This document shows positions 39,248-50,125 of a stretch of DNA of 64,000 nucleotides, piece after piece (the stretch's first letter is position 1; every line of letters begins with the position of its first letter). The translations under genes were made by a program, and so were the position numbers. This stretch comes from Alphaproteobacteria bacterium. GTDB taxonomy: Bacteria; Pseudomonadota; Alphaproteobacteria; Bin95. The DNA is taken from the NCBI GenBank assembly GCA_041687435.1, contig JAWLBX010000011.1, positions 52,918-116,917 of the forward strand. Direction: 5' to 3'. Below the pieces are notes generated by a model. That model was not told the origin of the DNA, ran no database searches, and saw nothing but the letters and a program-made list of their open reading frames with translations.

Positions 39248-40605
39248 GAGGCCGGTTCCTTCGGCAGCAGTTCGCCGGTAACCGAGCGATCCGGCTGAAG
39301 AACCAAACGCGCGGCCGCCATTACGGCTTCCGGTGTGACCGCCGCGATCCGGTCCGGCCAGGATTCGACATCGGCCACCGTTCCACCGTTCACCAGCGTT
39401 TCACCCAACACACGTGCGCCGGATTGCAGATCATCGCGGGCATAGACGGCGGCGGCCTGCATGCGGCGGACCGTTGCCGCGACCTCCTCATCCGTTACAC
39501 CCTCGCGCAACAGGCGGGCGATTTCGGCCTGCACCGCTGCTTCCAGGTCGATCAGGCTCACACCGGTTGCCGGCACGGCATAGACAGAGAACGCGGCCTG
39601 GTCGATGCGGTCGCTTTCGTACCAGGCGCCGGCCGCGGTCGCGATCTCCGAACCGCGCACCAGGGCCTTGCTCAGACGCCCGACCGAGCCATCGCCCAGG
39701 ATTTCCGCCAGCACTTGCAAGGCGTGGGTGTGTTCCTTGCCAGGGCTGTTGGCCGATGGGGCCAGATAGGCACGGCGCCAGGTCGGATCGTTTACACGCT
39801 CGTCCTGCACCGTCACGCGGGCGGCGGCAAATGGCGGCGGCTCCTGCGGGCGGATGCGGGCGGGGTGATTGCCCGGCGGAATCGGGCCATAATGCTTCTC
39901 TGCCAGCGCCCGGACCTCCGCAGGCTCGACATCGCCGGCGATTACCAGCACGGCATTGTCCGGTGCGTAATGCCGGCGGTAGAAGGCGCGGACGGTGTCG
40001 TGATCCAGCGCCACAACCTCATGCCGCCAGCCGATGATCGGGCGGCCATAGGGGTGGTTCCGGTATAGCGTGGCGGCCATCGCCTGGCCGAGACGGGCGC
40101 CGGGGTTCTGGCCGATGCGCTCGTTCCATTCCTCCAGCACCACGTTACGTTCGGTTTCGATATCCTCACCGGTCAGGACGAGGCCGGTCATCCGGTCCGC
40201 CTCCAACGCCATGACATCGCCGAGCAACTCGCGCGGGACCACCTGAAAATAAGCCGTGTGGTCCCAGGTGGTGAAAGCGTTCTCATGCCCGCCATGGCGG
40301 CGCACCAGGGCGCTGAAGGCGCCGGGCGGCGTCTTTTTCGTACCTTTGAACATCAAGTGTTCGAAGAAATGGGCAAGGCCGGATTCGCCGGCCACCTCGT
40401 CCGCAGCGCCGACCTTGTACCAGAGCATCTGTACCACCGCCGGGACCCGGTGGTTTTCAATCACCACCACTTCCAGGCCATTGGCGAGGCGAAAGGTGGT
40501 AGGGTCGAACACCTTGGCCCAGGCCGGCGACAACACCAAGCACAGGCCGATCGCGAGGCAGAGCCCCGCGCGCTGCAACAGGTCAGAACAGCGAAATGCC
40601 ATCAT
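39244..40605 (-). CDS. M16-family zinc peptidase (pitrilysin-like), catalytic subunit
   Basis: The inverted zinc-binding motif HFFEH (GLAHFFEHLMFKGT) and a signal peptide are present. The start is probably at MMAFRC or MAFRC, near 40602-40605. Confidence 0.8.
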   Translation of the reverse strand: MMAFRCSDLLQRAGLCLAIGLCLVLSPAWAKVFDPTTFRLANGLEVVVIENHRVPAVVQMLWYKVGAADEVAGESGLAHFFEHLMFKGTKKTPPGAFSALVRRHGGHENAFTTWDHTAYFQVVPRELLGDVMALEADRMTGLVLTGEDIETERNVVLEEWNERIGQNPGARLGQAMAATLYRNHPYGRPIIGWRHEVVALDHDTVRAFYRRHYAPDNAVLVIAGDVEPAEVRALAEKHYGPIPPGNHPARIRPQEPPPFAAARVTVQDERVNDPTWRRAYLAPSANSPGKEHTHALQVLAEILGDGSVGRLSKALVRGSEIATAAGAWYESDRIDQAAFSVYAVPATGVSLIDLEAAVQAEIARLLREGVTDEEVAATVRRMQAAAVYARDDLQSGARVLGETLVNGGTVADVESWPDRIAAVTPEAVMAAARLVLQPDRSVTGELLPKEPAS

Positions 40606-41137
40606 TGCTCTTGCGTTCGATTGTCGGGGTAGTGCCGGTTTGTGGCGACCGGCCAAGCGCGGCATTTTCCTGGATCCGCCGGGATTCGCCGGTCGGATCG
40701 ACCACTGTTCCGGGCGGCGGCGTCTCGCGCCAAAACATCAGGCGCTCCACGAAATTACGGTCGCCGGCGGCCATGATGGCGCTTTCCTCATCCACCTTGG
40801 TGCGAATGTCTGCCGGTGTCTCACCAACATTCAGGGCGCGCAGCAGGGCTTCCTCGCCTGCGCTTTCGGCGACCGGCCGTTGGACAGCGCCATCGCGCCC
40901 GAACGTGGCGGCCTGCGCTTCCTGCCGCGGATCGATCTGCGGCAAGGCCCGGGCACCCGGCTGCGGCGGCCGCAGGTCGTAATTCGGCGGCACGCTCAGC
41001 GGCGCATTGCGCACGACGCGAAACTCATCCGGCGCTTTTTTTTCGATCCCAGCCGACTCGCGAATTTGCTCGCAGGCCGTAAGAGACAAGGCCACCGCGG
41101 CCGATACCAAAACGATCCGTCGCACGCTTGCATGCAT
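40583..41137 (-). CDS. DUF3035-family lipoprotein
   Basis: Lipobox LSLTAC followed by a proline-rich low-complexity mature region. The alphaproteobacteria-specific position between lspA and the M16 pair is consistent with DUF3035. Confidence 0.5.
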   Translation of the reverse strand: MHASVRRIVLVSAAVALSLTACEQIRESAGIEKKAPDEFRVVRNAPLSVPPNYDLRPPQPGARALPQIDPRQEAQAATFGRDGAVQRPVAESAGEEALLRALNVGETPADIRTKVDEESAIMAAGDRNFVERLMFWRETPPPGTVVDPTGESRRIQENAALGRSPQTGTTPTIERKSNDGISLF

Positions 41138-41143
41138 CCTTTG

Positions 41144-41623
41144 CTACTCCACTGCCGATTTGGGTGGGGAACGGCCACCAAACAAGCTTTCGGCAATCAA
41201 CAATCCGACACCGAGCGTGATTGCCGCGTCGGCCAGGTTAAACACGGGCCAGCTATAGCCATAGGCATGCCATCGCACGAAATCGACGACAGCGCCATAG
41301 AGCAGGCGATCAATAATGTTGCCGACCGCGCCGCCCAGGATCAAGCCGGTGGCCAGAACCGTCGCCCAGGTCCGGGCACGGCAGAGCCAGACCGCCACCG
41401 CACCGGCGATTGCGCCCGTAATGCCGACCAGAACCAGCGGCGGCAACGCGCCATCGCCGAACAGGCCGAAACTGACGCCGTAATTCCAGACCAGCACCAT
41501 CTCCCACCAGCCGGTGACTGCAATTCGCACGGGCGGATTGGCGAGCGCGGCCAGCGCCCAGACCTTGGTCGCCTGATCGAGAACCAGCATCAACACCGCC
41601 AGCCCAAAGCCGGCGAAGCGCAT
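41144..41623 (-). CDS. lspA: lipoprotein signal peptidase II
   Basis: Internal ATG start (MRFAGFGLAVLMLVLDQATK). The conserved VDF and FNLAD catalytic motifs (AVVDFVRW, PVFNLADAAI) are present. Confidence 0.85.
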   Translation of the reverse strand: MRFAGFGLAVLMLVLDQATKVWALAALANPPVRIAVTGWWEMVLVWNYGVSFGLFGDGALPPLVLVGITGAIAGAVAVWLCRARTWATVLATGLILGGAVGNIIDRLLYGAVVDFVRWHAYGYSWPVFNLADAAITLGVGLLIAESLFGGRSPPKSAVE

Positions 41624-41634
41624 GGTGCGGATGG

Positions 41635-44511
41635 TCAAGCCGCCTCCGCAAGTTGGCGCACCGCATCGGCACAGCGGCCGCAGACATCCGGGTGCTCCGG
41701 GTCGCTGCCGACATCGGGCACGTGCTGCCAACAGCGCTCGCAGCGCTTCTCATCCGCCTTGACCGGCACCACGGCGCAACCCGGCACATCTGTCAGGGTA
41801 TAGGCATCGGCCGGTGCCGGCCCGGTCTCAACGGTGACTGCAGAGATAATGGCGATCTCCGCCAGGTCCAGGCCGGCGAGCGCTTCCGCTTGCTCCGCCG
41901 TCACATGAACCACGGGCGCTGCCTCCAGCGAACCACGCATGCGTTTTTCCGCCCGCTCGCGTTCCAGCGCACCCAGGATCACCCGGCGGACGCCGCGCAC
42001 CTTCGCCCATTTGGCCGCCAGGGCCTCGGCACGCCAATCGGCGGGGAAGGCCGGGTAGGTCTGGAGATGAACGCTCTCCCCCTCCGGCGCGGCCTCGATC
42101 GAGCCGAACCGGCGGGTCAGGAACGCCTCATCAGCGGTGAACGGGATGATCGGCGCCAGCCACGTCACCAGGGCTTCGAACAGATGGTTGAGCACGGTGC
42201 GGCAGGCGCGGCGGCGCAGCGTGCCAGGGTGGTCACAGTACAGCGAGTCCTTGCGGATATCGAGGTAGAAGGCCGACAGGTCGCCAGCGCAGAAATTGTG
42301 CAGTTCGACCCAAAGCGTGTGGAAATCGAAATCGTCGATGCATTCGCGCACCACCGCATCCATCTCCACGATCTTGTGCAGCATCAGCCGCTCCAGTTCC
42401 GGCATGTCTGCCGGGGCCACGCGCTCCGCCTCGCTGAAATCCGCCAGGCTGCCAAGGAGGAAGCGCAGCGTGTTCCGAACCCGGCGGTAATGGTCGGCCT
42501 GATGCTTCAGGATTTCCTTGCCGATGCGCAGGTCTTCGGAATAGTCGGCGGAACAGACCCAGATGCGCAGAATATCGGCGCCGTACTGGTCGATCACCTC
42601 CTGCGGGGCGGTAACATTGCCGAGCGACTTCGACATTTTCCGCCCTTCCTCATCCAGCACGAAGCCATGGGTGAGGACGGCATCATAGGGCGCGCGGCCG
42701 CGGGTGCCGCAGCTTTCCAGCAGCGAGGAATGGAACCAGCCGCGGTGCTGGTCCGAACCTTCCAGGTACAGGTCGGCCGGCCATTTCATGTGCGGCCGCT
42801 TTTCCAGGGTGAACACGTGCGTCGAGCCCGAGTCGAACCAGACCTCGACGATATCGCGCACCTGTTCGTAATCCTCGGCCTTGTACTCGTTGCCGAGGAA
42901 GCGCTCCGGCGGGCTCGCATACCACGCATCGCCGCCTTCCGTGCGGAAGGCATCGGCAACACGGTCGAACACCGCCTCATCGCGCAGGATCTCGCCGGTT
43001 TTCTTGTTAACGAACAGCGGGATCGGCACACCCCAGGCGCGCTGGCGCGAGACGCACCAGTCCGGCCGGGTCTCGATCATGCTGCGCAGGCGCGTCTGGC
43101 CGCTTTTCGGCACGAAACGCGTCTCATCGATCGCCTTCAGCGCCTTTTTGCGCAGGTCGTTCGTCTCCATAGAGATGAACCACTGCGCCGTATTGCGGAA
43201 GATCAGCGGCGCCTTCGAGCGCCAGGAATGCGGGTAGGAATGCTTCAGCCGGCCCCAGGAATACAGCATGCCGATGCCGGCCAGCAGCTCGCACACGGCC
43301 CGGTTGGCAGGGCCTTCCTGGCCGTCGTCGTCGATGATGCGCAGGCCCGCGAACAGGCCAACATGCTCGCGGAAGGCACCATCCGGCCCGACATTGTCGG
43401 TGATCGGCAGGCCGACTTTCAGGCCAAGCTCGTAGTCGTCCGCGCCATGACTCGGCGCGATATGAACGAAGCCGGAGCCGGCATCCATGGTTACGAAATC
43501 CGCCGGATGCAGCGGCACGTCATAGTCGTAGAAGCCATGCGCTTCCGGGTGTCCGCGTAGCGGGTGTGCGCAGACGGTGCCGGCCAGATCGGAACCCTTC
43601 AGTTGACGCTCCACCTCCCACTCGGTCATGCGCGCGGCCTTGGCCGTGCTCTCCAGCAGCGCCGGCGCAATCACGAAGCGCTGGCCGACGGGGATGCGGC
43701 ACTTGTCCGTACCGGCAACGCAGCGGACGACGGCATAGGTCGCATCCTCGGCATAGGCGATGGCGCGGTTGGAGGGCAGGGTCCACGGCGTCGTCGTCCA
43801 GATGACGATGGGCACGCCCGGCTCCAGCCCGCTGTTCAGCCCCGGCGTTACCACCGGGAAGGGCACGTGCACGGTGTGCGAGGTGTGCTCCTGATATTCC
43901 ACTTCGGCGTCGGCCAGCGCCGTGCGCTCCACCACGCTCCAAAGCACCGGCTTGGCGCCGCGGTAGATGCCGCCGTTCATCGCGAACTTCGCCAGTTCCT
44001 CGGCAATCGTCGCCTCGGCGTCGAATGACATGGTGGTGTAGTGATTGTCCCAGTCGCCAATCACGCCGAGGCGCTTGAATTCCTCCAACTGGGTATCGAT
44101 CCACTCGTCGGCAAAGGCGCGACACTGGCGGCGGAACTCGACCAGATCGACCTCGTCCTTGTTCTTGCCCTTGGCGCGGTATTCCTCCTCCACCTTCCAT
44201 TCGATCGGCAGGCCGTGACAATCCCAGCCGGGGATATAGTGCGCATCCTTGCCCAGCATCTGCTGCGAGCGGTTGATCACGTCCTTGAGGATCTTGTTCA
44301 GGGCGTGGCCAATATGCAGGTGGCCGTTGGCATAGGGCGGGCCGTCGTGCAGCACGAATTGCGGCTTGCCTTTGGAGACATCGCGTTGCCGCTGGAACAG
44401 GTCCATGCGGTTCCAGCGCTCCAGCAGCAGCGGCTCGCGCTTCGGCAAGCCGGCACGCATGGGAAATTCCGTTTTCGGCAGAAAGACCGTACTTTTGTAG
44501 TCCGTCGTCAT
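41635..44511 (-). CDS. ileS: isoleucine--tRNA ligase
   Basis: 958 aa. HIGH (PYANGHLHIGHA) and KMSKS motifs and a C-terminal Zn-binding CxxC pair are present. ATG verified. Confidence 0.95.
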   Translation of the reverse strand: MTTDYKSTVFLPKTEFPMRAGLPKREPLLLERWNRMDLFQRQRDVSKGKPQFVLHDGPPYANGHLHIGHALNKILKDVINRSQQMLGKDAHYIPGWDCHGLPIEWKVEEEYRAKGKNKDEVDLVEFRRQCRAFADEWIDTQLEEFKRLGVIGDWDNHYTTMSFDAEATIAEELAKFAMNGGIYRGAKPVLWSVVERTALADAEVEYQEHTSHTVHVPFPVVTPGLNSGLEPGVPIVIWTTTPWTLPSNRAIAYAEDATYAVVRCVAGTDKCRIPVGQRFVIAPALLESTAKAARMTEWEVERQLKGSDLAGTVCAHPLRGHPEAHGFYDYDVPLHPADFVTMDAGSGFVHIAPSHGADDYELGLKVGLPITDNVGPDGAFREHVGLFAGLRIIDDDGQEGPANRAVCELLAGIGMLYSWGRLKHSYPHSWRSKAPLIFRNTAQWFISMETNDLRKKALKAIDETRFVPKSGQTRLRSMIETRPDWCVSRQRAWGVPIPLFVNKKTGEILRDEAVFDRVADAFRTEGGDAWYASPPERFLGNEYKAEDYEQVRDIVEVWFDSGSTHVFTLEKRPHMKWPADLYLEGSDQHRGWFHSSLLESCGTRGRAPYDAVLTHGFVLDEEGRKMSKSLGNVTAPQEVIDQYGADILRIWVCSADYSEDLRIGKEILKHQADHYRRVRNTLRFLLGSLADFSEAERVAPADMPELERLMLHKIVEMDAVVRECIDDFDFHTLWVELHNFCAGDLSAFYLDIRKDSLYCDHPGTLRRRACRTVLNHLFEALVTWLAPIIPFTADEAFLTRRFGSIEAAPEGESVHLQTYPAFPADWRAEALAAKWAKVRGVRRVILGALERERAEKRMRGSLEAAPVVHVTAEQAEALAGLDLAEIAIISAVTVETGPAPADAYTLTDVPGCAVVPVKADEKRCERCWQHVPDVGSDPEHPDVCGRCADAVRQLAEAA

Positions 44512-44541
44512 GATCTGAGGAGGCTCTGGTCTTGAATTCGG

Positions 44542-45493
44542 TTAAAGCGGATTGGCCGGCATGCCGGCCAAGATGGCGCGTGCGGTATCACAGTCCTTGG
44601 CGATTTGCTGGCGCAACAGGTCGAAACTGTCGAACTTCTGTTCCGGCCGGATGAAATCCAGCAACTGAACCCGCATAGCCTTGCCATATAGGTCGCCTTC
44701 GAAGTCGAAGACGTGCGTTTCCAGCAGCAGCGTTTCGCCATCGACCGTAGGCCGGCGGCCCAGATTGGCGATGGCGTCACGCCAGACAAGGTTCTTGCCC
44801 TCGCCAATCGAGCAGCGCACGGCATAAACGCCGAGCGCAGGCTCCAATAACTCGCCGAGGCGGAGGTTGGCGGTGGGAAAGCCGATAGTGCGGCCGCGCT
44901 GTTGGCCGGTGGCGACGATGCCGTCGATTTCCCACCAGCGGCCGAGCATTTTAGCAGCCTCACGCGGGCGCCCGGCGCGCAGATGCGCACGGATGGCCGT
45001 GGAGGAAAAGGTCGTACCGTCGGACGCGTGCACCGTGTCCAACACGGTAACGCCAAAACCGTTCTGCTCGCCGAGCGTGCGCATTGTGGCGGAGGTGCCG
45101 GTGCGGTCCGCGCCGAAACAAAAGTCATATCCGATAACCACATGCCCGGCACCGACCGTGTCCACCAGCACGTGTTGCACGAACTGGTCCGGCGGCAGGC
45201 TGGCGAATTCGCGGGTAAACGGAATTTCCACCAACAGATCGACGCCCAGATCGGCCAGCGCCTGCGCCTTGCCGGCCGGCGAAGTCAGCCGGAAGGGCCG
45301 TTCGACCCGGCGCAGCACGCTGCGCGGATGCGGCTCGAACGTCACCACGCCGAGAAGCCCACCTGCCGCCTGCGCAGCCTTCAATATCGCCCGGTGCCCG
45401 AAATGGACTCCGTCGAAATTGCCAAGCGCCACCGCGGCGCCACGCAGGTCTTGGGGCAGAGGTTCTAGCCCGTGGAAGTGGTGCACCAGATCA
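44542..45493 (-). CDS. ribF: bifunctional riboflavin kinase / FAD synthetase
   Basis: GNFDGVHFGH nucleotidyltransferase motif and a C-terminal riboflavin kinase domain (PTANL...E.HV.DF) are present. The track start at 45540 is GTG. A GTG with an AAGGA RBS at about 45493 (VHHFHG) is preferred, but the start remains uncertain. Confidence 0.75.
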
Positions 45494-45765
45494 TCCTTGA
45501 AACATAAGGCGTCACAAAACACAGCGCGCGCCACCCGCACCTTAGCGGATGCGGGGGCACCCCCACAAGCTCAGGGCTGCCGCAGGGTGGGCGCTCACGG
45601 CCCTTCTCTCACACAGAGGAGACCGCCATCGCAATAGCGGAAATCCTCGCGCCTGCGAAACACCCCGGCAAGCCCTATCGGCGAAACCGGCTGTCTGCGG
45701 TTCCCGCGCGGGCTATCCTGCGGTACATCCCCAGACACGCACCGCCACCCGAAGGACCGCCTGCC

Positions 45766-47856
45766 ATGCCGCAACCGCCCGTCGCCCGCACGTCCGACGC
45801 CATTCTGGAAATGCACGGCCAGCGCATCGCCGACCCCTATGCTTGGCTTCGCGCCGAAAATTGGCAGGAGGTCATGCAGGATCCGGGCCTGCTCGATCCG
45901 GAAATCCGCGCCTATCTGGAGGCCGAAAACGCCTACACCGACGCGATAATGGCGGATACCAAACCCTTGCAGGACGCGCTGTTCGCCGAGATGAAGGGCC
46001 GGCTGAAGGAGGACGACGCGTCCGTGCCGGTGCCGGATGGCGCCTTTGCCTATTTCAGCCGGTTCCGGCCAGGCGACCAGCACCCGCAATTCTGCCGCTC
46101 GCCAACGGATGACCCGGGCCAAGTGGACGTGATGCTGGATGGCGACGCGGAGGCCCAGGGCAAGGCCTATTTCCGTATCGCCGCGATCCAGCACACCGAC
46201 GACCACCGGCTTCTGGCCTGGGCGGCGGACAGCACCGGCTCCGAGCAATACGTCATCCGCGTGCGCGACCTGGCCTCGGGCGAGGAATTGCCGGACGAAC
46301 TGCACGAGGCCACGCCGTCGCTGACCTGGGCGACCGACGGCCGCCACCTGTTCTACACCAAACGCGACGCCAACTGGCGGCCCTACAGTGTCTGGCGGCA
46401 CGAACTCGGCACGCCGCAGGCCGACGATGTCTGCGTCTTCAAGGAGGCTGACCCCGGCTATTTCGTCGGTGTCGGCCGCACCGCATCCCGTGCCTTCATC
46501 GGCATCAACACCCACGACCACGAGACCAGCGAATGGCATCTGATCCCGGCCGCTGCCCCGACCACAGAGCCTCGCCTGTTCGCGGCGCGCGATCCCGGCG
46601 TCGAATACGATCTGGAACATATGCCGGGCGCAACGCCCGGGGAAGGCCACTTCATCATTCGCACCAACGCCGACGGCGCCGAGGACTTCAAGCTGGTAAC
46701 GGCGCCGGAGGGCTCGGTTTCACGTGAAACCTGGCAGGATCTGGTGCCGCACGAGCCCGGGCGCCTGATCCTCGGCCTTTCCGCCACTCACCGGCATCTG
46801 ACCCGGCTGGAACGCGTCGCTGGCCTGCCGAGGCTGATCGTGCGCGAATGGCCGGGCGGCGAAGAACACGCCATCGCCTTCGACGAAGAAGCCTATTCGC
46901 TCGGCCTGGGCGGCGGGTTGGAATTCGCGACGACGATGCTGCGATTTGTCTATTCCTCCATGACGACGCCGGCGGAAACCTACGACTACGATCTGGAAAC
47001 GCGCGCGCGCACCCTCCGCAAACGGCAGGAGGTGCCCAGCGGCCACGACCCGGCGGATTATGTGACGCGCCGCCTGCTGGCCAAGGCTCCGGACGGCGAG
47101 GAAGTGCCGATCACGCTGGTGTACCGGCGCGACGCGACCCTGCCCGCGCCGACGCTGCTCTATGGCTATGGCTCCTACGGCATCAGCCTGCCGGCGAGCT
47201 TCGGTGTGGTGCGGCTCAGCCTGGTGGACCGGGGCTTTGTCTGGGCGCAGGCGCACGTGCGCGGCGGCATGGAGAAAGGCTACCGCTGGTATACGGAGGG
47301 CAAGCGCGAGAAGAAAGAAAACACCTTCCGCGACTTCATCACGGCGCGCGATCACCTGGTGGCGGAAGGCATCGCCAAACCGGATGCCGTCGCTGCGGAA
47401 GGCGGCAGTGCGGGCGGCATGCTGATGGGCGTGGTGGCCAATTGGGCGCCGGAAAAATTCGCCGCCATCGTCGCCAACGTGCCCTTCGTCGACGTGCTCA
47501 ACACCATGTGCGACGAGAGCCTGCCGCTGACCCCGCCGGAATGGCCGGAATGGGGCAATCCGATCAAGGATGCGGCGGCGTTCGAGCGGATCAAAGGCTA
47601 CAGCCCCTACAATAACGTCACCGCACAGGACTACCCCGCCATCCTGGCCATCGGCGGCCTCAGCGACCCGCGCGTGACCTATTGGGAGCCAGCCAAATGG
47701 GTGACGAAGTTGCGCGCGACCGCAACCAGCAACAAGCTGCTTCTGCTCAAGACGGAAATGACCGCAGGCCACGGCGGCGCGGCTGGCCGGTTCGACAGCC
47801 TGAAGGAAGATGCGTTTCAGTATGCGTTCGTGCTGAAGGCGCTCACAAATGCGTGA
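45766..47856 (+). CDS. ptrB: oligopeptidase B (S9A prolyl-oligopeptidase family)
   Basis: 696 aa. N-terminal beta-propeller plus a C-terminal alpha/beta catalytic domain with GGSAGG (Ser), a D in GGLSDPRV, and H in TAGHGG. ATG verified. Confidence 0.85.
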   Translation: MPQPPVARTSDAILEMHGQRIADPYAWLRAENWQEVMQDPGLLDPEIRAYLEAENAYTDAIMADTKPLQDALFAEMKGRLKEDDASVPVPDGAFAYFSRFRPGDQHPQFCRSPTDDPGQVDVMLDGDAEAQGKAYFRIAAIQHTDDHRLLAWAADSTGSEQYVIRVRDLASGEELPDELHEATPSLTWATDGRHLFYTKRDANWRPYSVWRHELGTPQADDVCVFKEADPGYFVGVGRTASRAFIGINTHDHETSEWHLIPAAAPTTEPRLFAARDPGVEYDLEHMPGATPGEGHFIIRTNADGAEDFKLVTAPEGSVSRETWQDLVPHEPGRLILGLSATHRHLTRLERVAGLPRLIVREWPGGEEHAIAFDEEAYSLGLGGGLEFATTMLRFVYSSMTTPAETYDYDLETRARTLRKRQEVPSGHDPADYVTRRLLAKAPDGEEVPITLVYRRDATLPAPTLLYGYGSYGISLPASFGVVRLSLVDRGFVWAQAHVRGGMEKGYRWYTEGKREKKENTFRDFITARDHLVAEGIAKPDAVAAEGGSAGGMLMGVVANWAPEKFAAIVANVPFVDVLNTMCDESLPLTPPEWPEWGNPIKDAAAFERIKGYSPYNNVTAQDYPAILAIGGLSDPRVTYWEPAKWVTKLRATATSNKLLLLKTEMTAGHGGAAGRFDSLKEDAFQYAFVLKALTNA

Positions 47857-47952
47857 TAGCGGCTCTTCAAACGCAAACGGTGTTTGATCTGCCCGCCGCA
47901 AGCCGCTCGTATATCTGCGGTTGTCCATGCATACAGAACGGGAGATACCCGC

Positions 47953-48927
47953 ATGAGCGATGTGACCCTGACCCGACGCGGCGCGCTGGGCGCCGCCGCT
48001 GGCCTTATGGCCGCCGCCCCCTTGCTTGGCAGCGGTCTGCTGAACCCGGCTTTCGCAGCCGCGCCCATGCTGGGGCCGGTGCGGCCGATCGTGTTTCGCT
48101 TCCCGCTCGGCCAGTTCGAGGTGACGACGATCTTTGACGGCGCCGTTCAACTCGATGGCCCGCACCCGATCTTTGGCGAAAACCAGGACACGGCGGCCGT
48201 CGCCGCCTATGCGGAGGCGAACAACCTGCCTGGCGGACGCATGGAAATCGGTTTCACGCCGGTCATTGTCAACACCGGCAAAGAGTTGGTGCTGTTCGAT
48301 GCCGGCAATGGTGTGGGCCGCCGGCCGAATGCCGGCGCCCTGTTGGCCCGGCTGGCGGATGCGGGCTACACCGCCGACCAGATCGACACGGTCGTCATCA
48401 CCCACATGCACCCGGATCACATCGGCGGCCTGATGGAGGATGGCAAGCCGGCCTTCCCAAACGCCCGCTATCTCGCCGGTCAGGTAGAGTATGATTTCTG
48501 GTCAAAGCCGGATATGGCCGAGCATCGCGTCGGCAAGCTCGTGCAGTCCAACGTCATCCCCCTGGCAGAAAAGATGAGCTTCCTTGGCGACGAAGCTGCG
48601 GTAGCCAGCGGCATCACGGCGATCGCCGCATTCGGTCATACGCCCGGTCATATGGCGTTCCATATCGAAAGCGAGGGCAAACGCCTGCTGCTGATCGCAG
48701 ATGCCTGCAACCACTATGTCATGAGCCTGCAACGGCCCGACTGGCACGTGCGCTTCGACATGGACAAGGAAGGCGCCGCCGCGACGCGCCGGAAGGTGTT
48801 GGGCCTGGCCGCGGCCGACGGCATTCCAATCACTGGCTACCACATGCCCTTTCCAGCCGTCGGCTTTGTCGAGACGATGGGCGAAGGCTTCCGCTGGAGC
48901 GGGGTCAGCTATCAGATGCACGTCTGA
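47953..48927 (+). CDS. Tat-secreted MBL-fold metallo-hydrolase
   Basis: ATG with a GGAGA RBS. Twin-arginine signal (TRRGALGAAAGLMAAAPLLG). HxHxDH metal-binding motif (ITHMHPDHIGG). Confidence 0.75.
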   Translation: MSDVTLTRRGALGAAAGLMAAAPLLGSGLLNPAFAAAPMLGPVRPIVFRFPLGQFEVTTIFDGAVQLDGPHPIFGENQDTAAVAAYAEANNLPGGRMEIGFTPVIVNTGKELVLFDAGNGVGRRPNAGALLARLADAGYTADQIDTVVITHMHPDHIGGLMEDGKPAFPNARYLAGQVEYDFWSKPDMAEHRVGKLVQSNVIPLAEKMSFLGDEAAVASGITAIAAFGHTPGHMAFHIESEGKRLLLIADACNHYVMSLQRPDWHVRFDMDKEGAAATRRKVLGLAAADGIPITGYHMPFPAVGFVETMGEGFRWSGVSYQMHV

Positions 48928-48965
48928 CCGGCATTGCCGAAACGCCCTTAAAGCCGAAACGAACG

Positions 48966-48989
48966 AAGGCGGTGCAATTGCACCGCCTT
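48966..48989. terminator. bidirectional intrinsic terminator hairpin between convergent genes
   Basis: aaggcggtgcaattgcaccgcctt is a perfect 10-bp stem with a 4-nt loop, followed by a T-rich tract (cgcattttctg). It lies between the + gene ending at 48927 and the - gene ending at 49039. Confidence 0.55.
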
Positions 48990-49038
48990 CGCATTTTCTG
49001 CCAAACGCGGATTCGCCGAGCATAAGCCCGGCTCGCCC

Positions 49039-49959
49039 TCAGATCATCGGCATGCCGGCGTGCATGTTGCGGCTGTCGCCCAGCTTGGAGAAGCCGTTGG
49101 AGAGGCTCGGCATGGCGATTTCCTCGATAGTCTCCGGCGTCCAACCGCCCTCGCGGTGCACCATGCGGACGGGCAGCATGGAGCCGTAGAGCGTCAGTTC
49201 CGCCGCGCGCTGGTGGAACACTTGCCCGTTGACATAGTCGGCCTTCGGGCTTGCCAGAAACACACAAAGCGGCGCGATCGCATCGGCGCGGGAGCGGTTC
49301 AGGCGCTCGTCGCGGACGGCGGCGGCCTGCGGGTCCTTCGGCGTCGGCACGCTGCGGGTCATACGCGTATCCGCGGAGGGCAGGATGGCGTTCGCCGTGA
49401 TGCCCTTGGACGCGTTTTCCATCGCCACGATCTTGGTCAGCGCGACGATGCCCATCTTGGCAGCGCCGTAGTTGGCCTGACCGACATTGCCGAGCACGCC
49501 GCTGGTCGAACTGACATTGATGATGCGGCCGAATTCCTGATCGCGGAACAGGTTGATCGCAGCGCGGTTGACGTTGAAATGGCCGGTCAGGTGAACGTCG
49601 ATCACCGCCTGCCAGTCATCCGGGCTCATCTTGTGAAACATGCGGTCGCGCAGGATGCCGGCCGGGTTGAAGACAATGTGACAACCGCCGAGTTCATCGC
49701 GCGCCTGCTCCACCATGCCGAGGCAATCCTCGAAGCTGGTGACAGAGCCGAAATTCGCCACAGCCTCGCCGCCGGCGGCCTTGATCTGGTTGACGATGTC
49801 CTGGGCGGGCGTGGTGTCGCCGCCCTCGCCGCCACCGCTGACGCCAGGATCGTTGACCAAAACCTTCGCGCCATTCGCCGCCATCAGCTTCGCCACTTCC
49901 GCGCCAACGCCACGGCCGGAGCCGGTGCAAATCGCTACACGCCCATCGAGCATACCCAT
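49039..49959 (-). CDS. SDR-family oxidoreductase
   Basis: Rossmann TGSGRGVG plus catalytic S...YxxxK (NYGAAK) are present. The start was taken at MGMLDGRVAICTG. Confidence 0.8.
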   Translation of the reverse strand: MGMLDGRVAICTGSGRGVGAEVAKLMAANGAKVLVNDPGVSGGGEGGDTTPAQDIVNQIKAAGGEAVANFGSVTSFEDCLGMVEQARDELGGCHIVFNPAGILRDRMFHKMSPDDWQAVIDVHLTGHFNVNRAAINLFRDQEFGRIINVSSTSGVLGNVGQANYGAAKMGIVALTKIVAMENASKGITANAILPSADTRMTRSVPTPKDPQAAAVRDERLNRSRADAIAPLCVFLASPKADYVNGQVFHQRAAELTLYGSMLPVRMVHREGGWTPETIEEIAMPSLSNGFSKLGDSRNMHAGMPMI

Positions 49960-50125
49960 AGGTGGTGTTTCCTTCTCATCGATATGGTTGGTTATTCCCA
50001 AAGAAAGGCTAGTCCGGTTTGATGAAACCTGTCCAGCGCCAGGATGCGCCTGTGCAAGGCTTTACGTTCCGGCGGCGGGCGGTTTATGACAGAAGCCTCC
50101 GTCTTTCGCAGGAGCCTGCCGCACC

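Noticed and set aside
41653-43560. 635-aa ORF on the + strand
   Set aside because: It lies entirely within ileS on the opposite strand. The ileS HIGH and KMSKS motifs confirm the minus-strand gene.
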